From assembly GCA_016934325.1 (NCBI GenBank), contig JAFGSV010000024.1, positions 5,306 through 69,305 of the forward strand: a stretch of DNA of 64,000 nt. The letters run 5' to 3'. Source of the stretch: Candidatus Aenigmatarchaeota archaeon (GTDB taxonomy: Archaea; Aenigmatarchaeota; Aenigmatarchaeia; QMZP01; JAFGSV01). The notes below the pieces were generated by a model. That model did no database searches. It saw only the letters and a program-made list of their open reading frames with translations, and was not told the origin of the DNA. Below are positions 17,424 to 25,928 of this stretch, piece after piece (position 1 is the first letter of the stretch; each line of letters begins with the position of its first letter). The position numbers were made by a program, and so were the translations under genes.

Positions 17424-20400
17424 GTGCAGATAGCTATGCTTGTGAATTTTCCGCGAATAACGAACAAAAGAATATTTAGGAGGCATTATGGCGCTAGTCA
17501 TCTCCGGGGAGAATTCTATTTGCTATATTATAAGGATTTTCCGCGTGCTGCGTACGTTGTTGATGGAGAGGATAATGAGTGTGTTAAATACTTCTCCGAT
17601 AGGAGTCAGTTTTTGTTGCCTGCGGCTTGGCTCATTGTAACACGCGACTCGGGGACAAGGGCATTCAGATATAGTAATGGTAGTTACAGAGCATGTTCTG
17701 GCAGCGTTGACTGGCACGAGGTACAAAAATCGAAACCCGTCAACCTGACGCCAAACTGTGCAAGCGTGATAATAGACCAGATTTTCAAGGATCACAAGAA
17801 TTGGCTCAGTGACCCCCTTTCTAAAGCGGCGATTGGTAGCATACCTAAGATATTTTCAGAATGCACAACGCTTGTCTATGAGTTGATTCAGAACGCGTTT
17901 GATGCCAATGCCTCACGTGTCAGGATAGAGCTTGATGAGAAGGGCCTTAGGTTCTTTCATGATGGGTACAACTTCTCGGAATCCGATGCAAAAGCGATTT
18001 CATTTGTCAATCTATCAAGTAAGGACAAAGATAAAACGGGATTCATGGGAATTGGCTTCAAATCCGTATTTGAAGCAAGCTTGAAGCCTGAAATCCATTC
18101 GGAACCGTTCTCGTTTTTATTTAATAACCGGAGCGAAGGTGGATACATCCTACCGCAGAATGTTTCACCCAAGACAGTGACACCTCCTTTCACCACTTTG
18201 ATTTACGTGCCATTCAAGGAGAAGCGTGTTTGTGACTTAATCAACAAGGAACTGACTCCTGAAGAGGAAAAAGACAACAAACTAGGTTTCTCAAGGAAGA
18301 CCTTCCTTCATCTACTCAAGGAAAAGAATGGAATATTGGCTGGCATCAGGAACGTGGAGACACCGTTTGTCAAGTTTAGGATTGTAAGGGGAAAGTTTCC
18401 AAACTCGTATCGGATTGAGGACCTCAAAGAGGAAAAGGTAATTGATAGGAAGCCATGGCTATACTTTGAAACGCGGCTTAGGCCGGAGAAAGGAGAAGTA
18501 TCTGATTTTCTCAGAGCGCGGGGCATTAAGAATGAGGAGCTTGAAGAGGAAGGATGGGACGAAATACTTTCGATTATCATTCCATTGACACAAACTAACA
18601 CAGGTTATGCTCCGGTTAAAGGTTACGCGGGTATACTTAACGTGTATCTCCCGACCACAATTAAGACTGGTTTCTCCTTTGACCTTCAGGGGAATTTCAT
18701 AATCAGTGCAGGCAGGGAGCGATTGAGATACGCCACAGGCAAATGGAACAGAGAACTGTTCTCACATGTAGGAGAATTGCTGGTAAAGATATTCGACTGG
18801 TGCAAGTCTCTGAAGGAAATTTCAGATATTGATCTTTCAGCTTTCTATTGTTTGATTCCTGATTGGAAATCAGTGGACTTCGTGGATAGAGAAATCATTG
18901 ATGATATTAGGTCCCGTTTCACTAAGTTTTTCAATTACTTGGCGATAATACCCGTTGGGTCGGAAGAATCAAAGAGGATAACGTATAGGACCGCCAAAGA
19001 TTGTGTCATGGTTGATGGTCCTGTCCTGGATCTTTTCGGTAAAAAAACTATCGAACACCTGACTGGGAAGAAAATAGTTCTGCCCAGCCTGAGCATGGAA
19101 GCGAGGGAGAAGATATCTGAGTCATGCGATGTCGATACATGGGGCGTGAACGAGACGATAAAACTCATTTCACAGAAGGATTGGTTAAAGTATTCACCTA
19201 AGTTCAAGAGTCGGCGACATTGCCACCGATGGCTATCAAAACTATATGCATATTTGAATAGTGTTCCTGTGCAGGATAGATATGACAGCGATCTTGCAAA
19301 CTTAGAGGATAGGATTCTCAATTGCTTTATATTTCCAACTGAGTGGGTAGAGGGAGAGAAACAATATAAGTATAGCCGATGTCGTGCGCCAAGAGAGAAG
19401 TTGTACAGGCTGCCAAGGGAACAGGCGGCATTACCTGTGGAAGCTTTCCTGCGAAAGATTAGCATTGTGAACCAGGGTTTTGAGGATTACATCCGGGGCA
19501 GACCTAGCAAAATGACGGATGAGGAAAAGGCGATGGCAGAGGCCAGCAGAAATTTTCTGGAGAGTATTGGTGTTCCTACTTTGGAACCGGACGTTATAGC
19601 CAAGGATTTCATCTCGCCCCTCTTCCGGAACACTTCAGCCCATAGCAAAAAGGTTCTTCTGGAATATACATCTTTCATCTGCGAGCATCTGAAAGAAGTT
19701 AAGAAAGAATCAATAGACATCCTCTTGTTGAATAAGCGAGGAGAATTTTGTATCCCCGACCAGCTATTCCTTGGTGACGCTTATGGTTTTGCTGACATAG
19801 AAGAATTCCTTGGCCGTACCAACCACGATGTCTTTGTGTCCGAACAGTATCTGAATAAGGCGTCCATAAGTACGAGCAAGTGGGTAGAATTCCTTTCGTC
19901 AGTCGGCGTCAAAAATTGGCTACCTATTAAATCAATAAAAGAAACGTTGGGGCCACACAGACTGAAGGAGAGACTGGGAGAGCATTACAAGGATTTCCAA
20001 GATATACCGCTGAGGGGGAGTTATATAAGTGCAGATTTTCCTGGTAACAGATTTCTTCTGATAGATGGTGATTTCTTAGATGTGGTAAAATGTAGACTCG
20101 AGGAGATTCGGAAGATGCCCCTCATTTCAAAAAAAGACTGCATGCGAGCATTCTTGAGAATCATTGACGCTCATTGGGAGTCAAAGTACTCAAAGAACCT
20201 GTATGTGAAGGTACTGTACTATAAAGAATATGAGCCGTACTATTCCAGTCCGCATAAAAGATTAATAAGCCTTAAAGCGAAATTTGCGGAGTATCTCATC
20301 AGGGAAAGATGGGTGCCTGCAACGAATTCCGATGACTTACGTGAGCCGAGTCAAGTTGTGGCTCAAACCGAAGAGAATATATCGCTGTCCGATGAAGGAA

Positions 20401-22361
20401 TTGTTCTGTGTGAAGAGGTTGTAAAAAACCCAGACCTTCTGGGGTTCTTAAAATTCAAGCCTATCCCTGAAAATGTCACTAGCTTGGATAGACTGGTTAA
20501 TTTGAAGACTCGCGGAAGTGAAAACCTCGATATGTACAAGAAGCTTTACAGGCTGATTGCTAAGGACGTTGAAGAAAAAAAGCTAGGTACTCAAGATGTA
20601 GTTAGAGAGTTCAGTGATAATAAGCTCATATATATAAATAATAGCTTCTGGTCACCTGAGGAAACGATCTTCAATCCACCCGCTCCTTTGCGGTTATACT
20701 ATCCAGCCGTAATTGAGACATACCCTGACATGAAGGATTTCTTCTGCAAGACACTTGGCTGTGACAATGACAATCCGTCAATCAAGAAAATCATTATGTA
20801 CTTTCTTAAATTCCTATGGGTAACAGACAGAGGCATGGATGACACGCTCAGAGCATCAGTTGTCCATTGTTACAGGAAACTGCTGGATTTCGTCGGCGAA
20901 CAGGAGAATGCAACATATAAGGAGGAGCCCCTTTGGGAGAGTTTTATAAACGATTGCAAGGTCTTCTGCAGGGATATCGGCTGGATATCCTCCCGAACAG
21001 ACAAGCCTATTGTCTTCCTTGACGTGCCAAAACACGAGGAATATTTCCATCGTTGTAAAAAGATTCGCATTGAGAGCCACCTTTCACAGCTACAGCGGGA
21101 TACTAGCGACCTTGTGCCCTTACTGGAACTCCTGAACGTAAAGCCTGCATCACAAGCAATAAAAGAAGACATTTCTTCATCCGGGGAGGGCATTCATGAG
21201 AATACCCAGCAAATCGAAGCTAATTTGAACTTCCTTGCTGAGTCTATAGTCGATGTGCTTTCGAGAAAATACATTGACTCGACCAAGAAGGAACGGACGG
21301 AACTGAAGAAATTCATCGAAAAGCTAAACGACTTCAAGAAATATCGAAAAGTTGTATACCATGTGGATCGGATTGCCTGCAAAATGTATTTGGACGGAGA
21401 AAAGCTATTTGATGTGAATAAATCTTGTCATATAGAAAAGGAAGGTGGGTTGCTTAAGATACTGGCTAGGGACGCTTTGGGCGTAATATACGGGCAATTG
21501 TCTGGTGAGCTTTGCAGTTTTTTGGGAACGGCAATTCTCCCCCGAAGCATTAAAGATGTAGTCCATCTGATGATAGACAGAACTGTTGGCAACATCGAAG
21601 GGGATTTCCGAAGAAGTATGCAAAACGTATACCGTGACATTGGCTTCGACACAACACATGATGAAAAGGCTGAAGACCTCGAGGAGGAAGAGGATGCTGA
21701 TGAGACAGAAGAAGTCGATACTGGGGAGGAACCTCAGGATTCAGAAGGCTCACAGAAGCACGAGAAGAAACCATATGATGAAGTAACAGATCCTGTCGAC
21801 TTTTCGGGAATTTCGCTGGTGACGGTCATTGGCAGTGAAACAACACAGCATGATCAAAGTGGTGGTGGCACAAGAGGGCATGTTGGCAAGAGGCATTTCA
21901 CTCCCAACCCATACTCCGAGGAAGACGGAAAAAGGGGCGAGGGGATTGTGCTCGAGAAGGAAAAGGAACGCCTCAGGAATATTGCATTGTCTGATTACGT
22001 TCAGAAAGTCGTTCATATCTCGGAAACCAAACCAGGCAATCCGTGGGACATAGAATCTTTTGACAAAAGAACAGACACTGGAGAAGTCATTCCAATAAGA
22101 ATTGAAGTGAAGGCAACCCCAGATGAACACAGCCTCGTGTTTCCGATGTCAGAGCCAGAGTTCAGAGCCGCTTTAGACACAAAGAGTCCGAAAGGTACTT
22201 ACTTCATCTACAGGGTCTTCAGCGTTAGAAGTGCAAAGCCGTCGATAAAGAGATATGAATTCTACGAACTGTTTCAAGAGAAACGAATTTCCATTAAGAA
22301 AGCGAAAGACTTCTATCTCGAGCTTCCAATAAGTGATGAAGAAAGCAGTGTAGAAGCGTGA
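17424..22361 (+). CDS. Giant GHKL-ATPase (sacsin/NO VEIN-like) protein with a C-terminal DUF3883 nuclease-like domain
   Basis: 1645 aa. The GHKL N-box is LVYELIQNAFDANASRV, the G1 motif is FHDGYNF and the G2 motif is GFMGIGFKSVFE. The C-terminus matches the DUF3883 pattern (GEGIVLEKEKERL...PWDIESF...IRIEVKAT...SEPEFRAA...YFIYRVFSV). The start is uncertain (GTG at 17424 or ATG at 17436). Confidence 0.75.
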   Translation: MQIAMLVNFPRITNKRIFRRHYGASHLRGEFYLLYYKDFPRAAYVVDGEDNECVKYFSDRSQFLLPAAWLIVTRDSGTRAFRYSNGSYRACSGSVDWHEVQKSKPVNLTPNCASVIIDQIFKDHKNWLSDPLSKAAIGSIPKIFSECTTLVYELIQNAFDANASRVRIELDEKGLRFFHDGYNFSESDAKAISFVNLSSKDKDKTGFMGIGFKSVFEASLKPEIHSEPFSFLFNNRSEGGYILPQNVSPKTVTPPFTTLIYVPFKEKRVCDLINKELTPEEEKDNKLGFSRKTFLHLLKEKNGILAGIRNVETPFVKFRIVRGKFPNSYRIEDLKEEKVIDRKPWLYFETRLRPEKGEVSDFLRARGIKNEELEEEGWDEILSIIIPLTQTNTGYAPVKGYAGILNVYLPTTIKTGFSFDLQGNFIISAGRERLRYATGKWNRELFSHVGELLVKIFDWCKSLKEISDIDLSAFYCLIPDWKSVDFVDREIIDDIRSRFTKFFNYLAIIPVGSEESKRITYRTAKDCVMVDGPVLDLFGKKTIEHLTGKKIVLPSLSMEAREKISESCDVDTWGVNETIKLISQKDWLKYSPKFKSRRHCHRWLSKLYAYLNSVPVQDRYDSDLANLEDRILNCFIFPTEWVEGEKQYKYSRCRAPREKLYRLPREQAALPVEAFLRKISIVNQGFEDYIRGRPSKMTDEEKAMAEASRNFLESIGVPTLEPDVIAKDFISPLFRNTSAHSKKVLLEYTSFICEHLKEVKKESIDILLLNKRGEFCIPDQLFLGDAYGFADIEEFLGRTNHDVFVSEQYLNKASISTSKWVEFLSSVGVKNWLPIKSIKETLGPHRLKERLGEHYKDFQDIPLRGSYISADFPGNRFLLIDGDFLDVVKCRLEEIRKMPLISKKDCMRAFLRIIDAHWESKYSKNLYVKVLYYKEYEPYYSSPHKRLISLKAKFAEYLIRERWVPATNSDDLREPSQVVAQTEENISLSDEGIVLCEEVVKNPDLLGFLKFKPIPENVTSLDRLVNLKTRGSENLDMYKKLYRLIAKDVEEKKLGTQDVVREFSDNKLIYINNSFWSPEETIFNPPAPLRLYYPAVIETYPDMKDFFCKTLGCDNDNPSIKKIIMYFLKFLWVTDRGMDDTLRASVVHCYRKLLDFVGEQENATYKEEPLWESFINDCKVFCRDIGWISSRTDKPIVFLDVPKHEEYFHRCKKIRIESHLSQLQRDTSDLVPLLELLNVKPASQAIKEDISSSGEGIHENTQQIEANLNFLAESIVDVLSRKYIDSTKKERTELKKFIEKLNDFKKYRKVVYHVDRIACKMYLDGEKLFDVNKSCHIEKEGGLLKILARDALGVIYGQLSGELCSFLGTAILPRSIKDVVHLMIDRTVGNIEGDFRRSMQNVYRDIGFDTTHDEKAEDLEEEEDADETEEVDTGEEPQDSEGSQKHEKKPYDEVTDPVDFSGISLVTVIGSETTQHDQSGGGTRGHVGKRHFTPNPYSEEDGKRGEGIVLEKEKERLRNIALSDYVQKVVHISETKPGNPWDIESFDKRTDTGEVIPIRIEVKATPDEHSLVFPMSEPEFRAALDTKSPKGTYFIYRVFSVRSAKPSIKRYEFYELFQEKRISIKKAKDFYLELPISDEESSVEA

Positions 22362-22365
22362 TGAA

Positions 22366-24414
22366 TCATAATGCTTGCTGTCTCTTTGTATGTATCACGA
22401 GAGGGTCATCAAATCCTGCTTCTCGGCACTTCTCAATATTGCCTTCAACATCCGACTTCCCCGTCTCGATTTCAATCGCTATTCTCCGTCCATCTTTTGA
22501 AGCCACAAGATCAACCGCTTTGCCGTTCCCGATAGGCACTTCCTCCTCAACCGTATAGCCTTTCCTGCGATACTGCTCCGCAACCATGTGTTTCCAGTAC
22601 TCGTGCTCAAGGCTGGCGTTCTTGGGCAGTGACTTCACTTCTATCCCTTCAAGCTTTAACAGTTCCCGGCCTTTTTCCGTGACCTTCAGCAGCGTGACAC
22701 TCCCATTAGGCACGCCGATTCTATCCTGCTTTATCAGTTCCCTTTCCAGCAACGTTTGCTTAATCTTCGTGCCGGTTCGAGCATTCCAGACGAGCCTTGT
22801 GTATCTGTCGGTCACTACGGCTAGAGGATGCTCTGCTATATCTACCAATAAATCCCACTCCATCGGTGCGATTTCAGGTATTTCGTCTTCCTTTCTGGCA
22901 GCTTCCGGAAGGGCTGAAATAGCCTCGTTCAGGGCCAACTGAAGTTCTTGCACCCCCCGCTTGACGGAATCGCTTCCGGAATGTCTTATTTCTGTCTTGG
23001 ACGCCTGGAAATTGCTCACTACTGGAAACAGAGGGAAACGAACGAGGAACGGCTTCACCCACCTGTCCTGCATCTTGACTATTCCCTGCCCGACCGGCAG
23101 CCTGCCGATGTGGTCCCATTCCTCACGTGGAAGTGTCAACGACTTTCCGGCTGCCGCCACGTCGTTTGCGTGCTTTAGGTTCAGGCAGATCGTAACTCCG
23201 GTGTTGCCCAGGGCGGGCGTTGTCAGAAGACTCGGATTCTGGTCCAGGAGAACGATAGCCTCACCGAGATCTCTCATCTGCCTGAGGATGAAATCGTGCA
23301 TCGATTGCCCTACCGTATGACGGCGGAGAAACAGGTTATGAGCCTCCTCGACAATCAGAGCATGCTTGAAGGCTCTCGATTTTCCTTCCGAAAGCCGGTG
23401 ATAGTAAAGCCACAGAAGGAACGCCTGGCTGAACAGGCTCCTGTCGGTTTCGCTGCCGAGGCCGGAAAGCTCCAGGATAACGGGTCGGTCAAGGAGGTCC
23501 TGAAGCCTTGCATTGGAAGAGGAGTTTATGATCCTGCCTATAGGGCCAGTGGTCAGCTTGAAAAGGGTGTTGAGGGCCGAAGCCTTCCAATCCCGTTCCC
23601 GCGAATCCGCTCCGTAGGACTCGATGCGGTTCCTGACGTCGTTGAAGGTTATCGGTTTTGCCCTGTCCCCCATCATGGAGCTGAGGGATTTGAGGAGAAA
23701 ATATTCAACGCCCCTCGTGCTCAATAGCTGGTTCCCCGGCAGGTAGGTTGAGCAGACCACTGACGTGATGTCGCGCAGGTAGGCTTCCGCCTGGTTGTAG
23801 GTAAGATTGGGCGGCGGGTCAAGCGGATTGAAGGATAGCGATCCCGGCTCGCCAGGGGCGAATGTGAGAACCGTCCGTGCCCCGTTTCCGTGCTTCAGAC
23901 ACTTGTAATTGCCCCGCCAGTCAAGGACGGTGAACGGCTTGCCTTTTCTCAACAGGTTTGATACGAGCAGGTAACCGACGTTGGTCTTGCCCGCCCCGGA
24001 ACGTCCGAGTATTGCCACGTGCTGCGGAAGGTCGGTCTCTCGCAGGCCGAAAGGATGCAATGATTTATCTGCGTAAATCACGGTTCCGAGCGGATACCCG
24101 CCTTCGGCCTTTTCTCGCGGCGGCGGCTCAAGCAGGATGTGCCTTCCCGCGTAGCTCTCGTCCAGCAGCTCGGCTGCCAGTGCACTGGCCACGGCATGGA
24201 TGTCCCTCTGCCGGTCCGGATCAAGCAGGGTGGTGAGCCAGAAGGCGTCCGCCATGTCACCGATGACGGGACGGAGCTTCGCCAGCAGGGATTTGAATTC
24301 CTCATGGTACACGTGAATCACCTTGAACCTCAACGTTACTGGCTGACCTATTCGTTCCGTCAAGGGCGTCGATTTCGCGTTGGAGCTTCCTGATTTCGCC
24401 CCTGAGCCAGACAA
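22366..24414 (-). CDS. HerA/FtsK-superfamily (DUF87-like) ATPase fused to a winged-helix and a PD-(D/E)xK-like C-terminal module
   Basis: Walker A is ILGRSGAGKTNVG and Walker B is ALIVEEAHNLF. An FNPLDPP motif is present. The C-terminus has a wHTH-like segment, then KAVDLVASKDGRRIAIEIETGKS. The true start is probably downstream of 24414 (GTG near 24320 or MADAFW), because the long ORF overlaps the upstream gene. Confidence 0.7.
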   Translation of the reverse strand: MSGSGAKSGSSNAKSTPLTERIGQPVTLRFKVIHVYHEEFKSLLAKLRPVIGDMADAFWLTTLLDPDRQRDIHAVASALAAELLDESYAGRHILLEPPPREKAEGGYPLGTVIYADKSLHPFGLRETDLPQHVAILGRSGAGKTNVGYLLVSNLLRKGKPFTVLDWRGNYKCLKHGNGARTVLTFAPGEPGSLSFNPLDPPPNLTYNQAEAYLRDITSVVCSTYLPGNQLLSTRGVEYFLLKSLSSMMGDRAKPITFNDVRNRIESYGADSRERDWKASALNTLFKLTTGPIGRIINSSSNARLQDLLDRPVILELSGLGSETDRSLFSQAFLLWLYYHRLSEGKSRAFKHALIVEEAHNLFLRRHTVGQSMHDFILRQMRDLGEAIVLLDQNPSLLTTPALGNTGVTICLNLKHANDVAAAGKSLTLPREEWDHIGRLPVGQGIVKMQDRWVKPFLVRFPLFPVVSNFQASKTEIRHSGSDSVKRGVQELQLALNEAISALPEAARKEDEIPEIAPMEWDLLVDIAEHPLAVVTDRYTRLVWNARTGTKIKQTLLERELIKQDRIGVPNGSVTLLKVTEKGRELLKLEGIEVKSLPKNASLEHEYWKHMVAEQYRRKGYTVEEEVPIGNGKAVDLVASKDGRRIAIEIETGKSDVEGNIEKCREAGFDDPLVIHTKRQQAL

Positions 24415-24919
24415 GGTCCCGCCAGCTTGTCAGGGCCTCCCGTCTCCGCTGGCGCTTAAGCTCGAACAGCCTGCGTTCGAGGTCGCGCCGCCGCTCCGTG
24501 TTGTTCATTGCGGCCTTCAGTGCAGAAAGGGATACCTCGCACTCCCGTATCTCAGGATCAAGCTCTTTCAGGGCGTATTGAGCCAGTTGCTCCCTGTCCC
24601 TCTTCGCTCCTTCGAGTTCATCGAGCGCCCTTTGCAGGAAGTCGAGCCGGTCTGCGAAAAGGGATTGCAGAAGACGGAGAGGACGGAGGTGGCTTTCATC
24701 GTTGGAGGGTAGCGATTCCGGCGATGACCGGCCCGGAAAATCGGGGTCGCTTATGAGTTCGTGAAAATCCTGCATGGAAGCGTTCTTGCCATTGGGTGTG
24801 CTTGAACGGGAATCAGCCGGATTTTCGGACGAGTATGTCCCTTCTTTCAGATCCCAGGTTGTCGGGTATGGCACGTATTTCGGATAAATCTCCCCCACGA
24901 CGTTTTTCCGGCCACGCAT
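24302..24919 (-). CDS. Coiled-coil protein (hypothetical), upstream partner of the HerA-like ATPase
   Basis: 205 aa. The C-terminal half is heptad-like and charged (LDELEGAKRDREQLAQYALKELD...RRLFELKRQRRREALTSWRDLVWLRGEIRKLQREIDAL). It is on the same strand as the ATPase gene and abuts it. Confidence 0.5.
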   Translation of the reverse strand: MRGRKNVVGEIYPKYVPYPTTWDLKEGTYSSENPADSRSSTPNGKNASMQDFHELISDPDFPGRSSPESLPSNDESHLRPLRLLQSLFADRLDFLQRALDELEGAKRDREQLAQYALKELDPEIRECEVSLSALKAAMNNTERRRDLERRLFELKRQRRREALTSWRDLVWLRGEIRKLQREIDALDGTNRSASNVEVQGDSRVP

Positions 24920-25038
24920 GTCTCACCCTGAAAATCGGGTTTTATTTTAGGGGAATACGTAATAAATAGTGAATCGACATGGATAGTGCTATTTGTGCCT
25001 ATGATTGAATTGTCTCATTCACCATATTCTCAGGCGAT

Positions 25039-25857
25039 TTGCAGCAAGGGCATACTTTTAATTCTTTCTGGTCAAGACTGTATTGTGGTTGGATGATACC
25101 GCAGGACAAGTTTGGGAATCCTATATATGAACACATATTCAAGGTACTCCAGGAGAACGGCAGAGTTCTCGCATTGGCGGGTTTCAAAGAAAGTAGAAAT
25201 AAACCTAATCTGTTTTTCCTGAAAGATGAGGAAAAGAATGTGGTATTCTTTGCTGACATGAGAAGTACAGGAGATGTGCCGATATGGGAGGACACAAGAC
25301 CTCTCATTTATGGTAAATTCCTTGCGGAACACCCTGAATGGAAGAAGCGAAGAATCATGACAGGAATGTTTCAATTATTATTGCAAAATGGTTGTGAATG
25401 TAGATTTGAAGATGATTTATTAGTTGAGCACGGCGAAGACGGTTACTGCAAGCTTTGTGGTAAAGATTTCCAGGCAGATGGATTATACTGTTCAAAAGAG
25501 TGCGAGAAAGCTGATGAGGAAACATACAAGGATCATTGTGCTGTATGCGGAAGGAGCCTGGATCGGAGAGATGTCATCCGGCACCATGTGAGTTACAAGG
25601 AAGAAAAAACTATCCCTGTATGTCGCTCATGCCATTTGAAAATACATAAGTCGCAGAAAATGCCAAATTTGAAACCTGATGAAGAAGACAAAAAGAAATT
25701 TTATGAAAGAAAACGTAACTGTGAATACTGCGGTCAAGAATTTAAATCAAAGAAAGCAGTTGAGAGGCATGAAAAGGTTTGTTATAAAAGGTACAGGCAA
25801 TTAGCAATGGAACACAAATCCTCATCCGCGCCAATTCTTATGGGAATAGTCAAATAA
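25039..25857 (+). CDS. Multi-zinc-finger protein (zinc ribbon, HNH-like and C2H2-like motifs)
   Basis: The motifs are CKLCGKDF..YCSKEC, then CAVCGRSLDRRDVIRHHVSY...PVCRSCHLKIH, then CEYCGQEFKSKKAVERHEKVC. The start codon is uncertain. Confidence 0.5.
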   Translation: MQQGHTFNSFWSRLYCGWMIPQDKFGNPIYEHIFKVLQENGRVLALAGFKESRNKPNLFFLKDEEKNVVFFADMRSTGDVPIWEDTRPLIYGKFLAEHPEWKKRRIMTGMFQLLLQNGCECRFEDDLLVEHGEDGYCKLCGKDFQADGLYCSKECEKADEETYKDHCAVCGRSLDRRDVIRHHVSYKEEKTIPVCRSCHLKIHKSQKMPNLKPDEEDKKKFYERKRNCEYCGQEFKSKKAVERHEKVCYKRYRQLAMEHKSSSAPILMGIVK

Positions 25858-25928
25858 ACGATTTATTACTTAACTTTTGGTGTAGGATTCCGATTTTTTA
25901 TGCAAGTGGCATTTTAAGGAAAAGCCTC

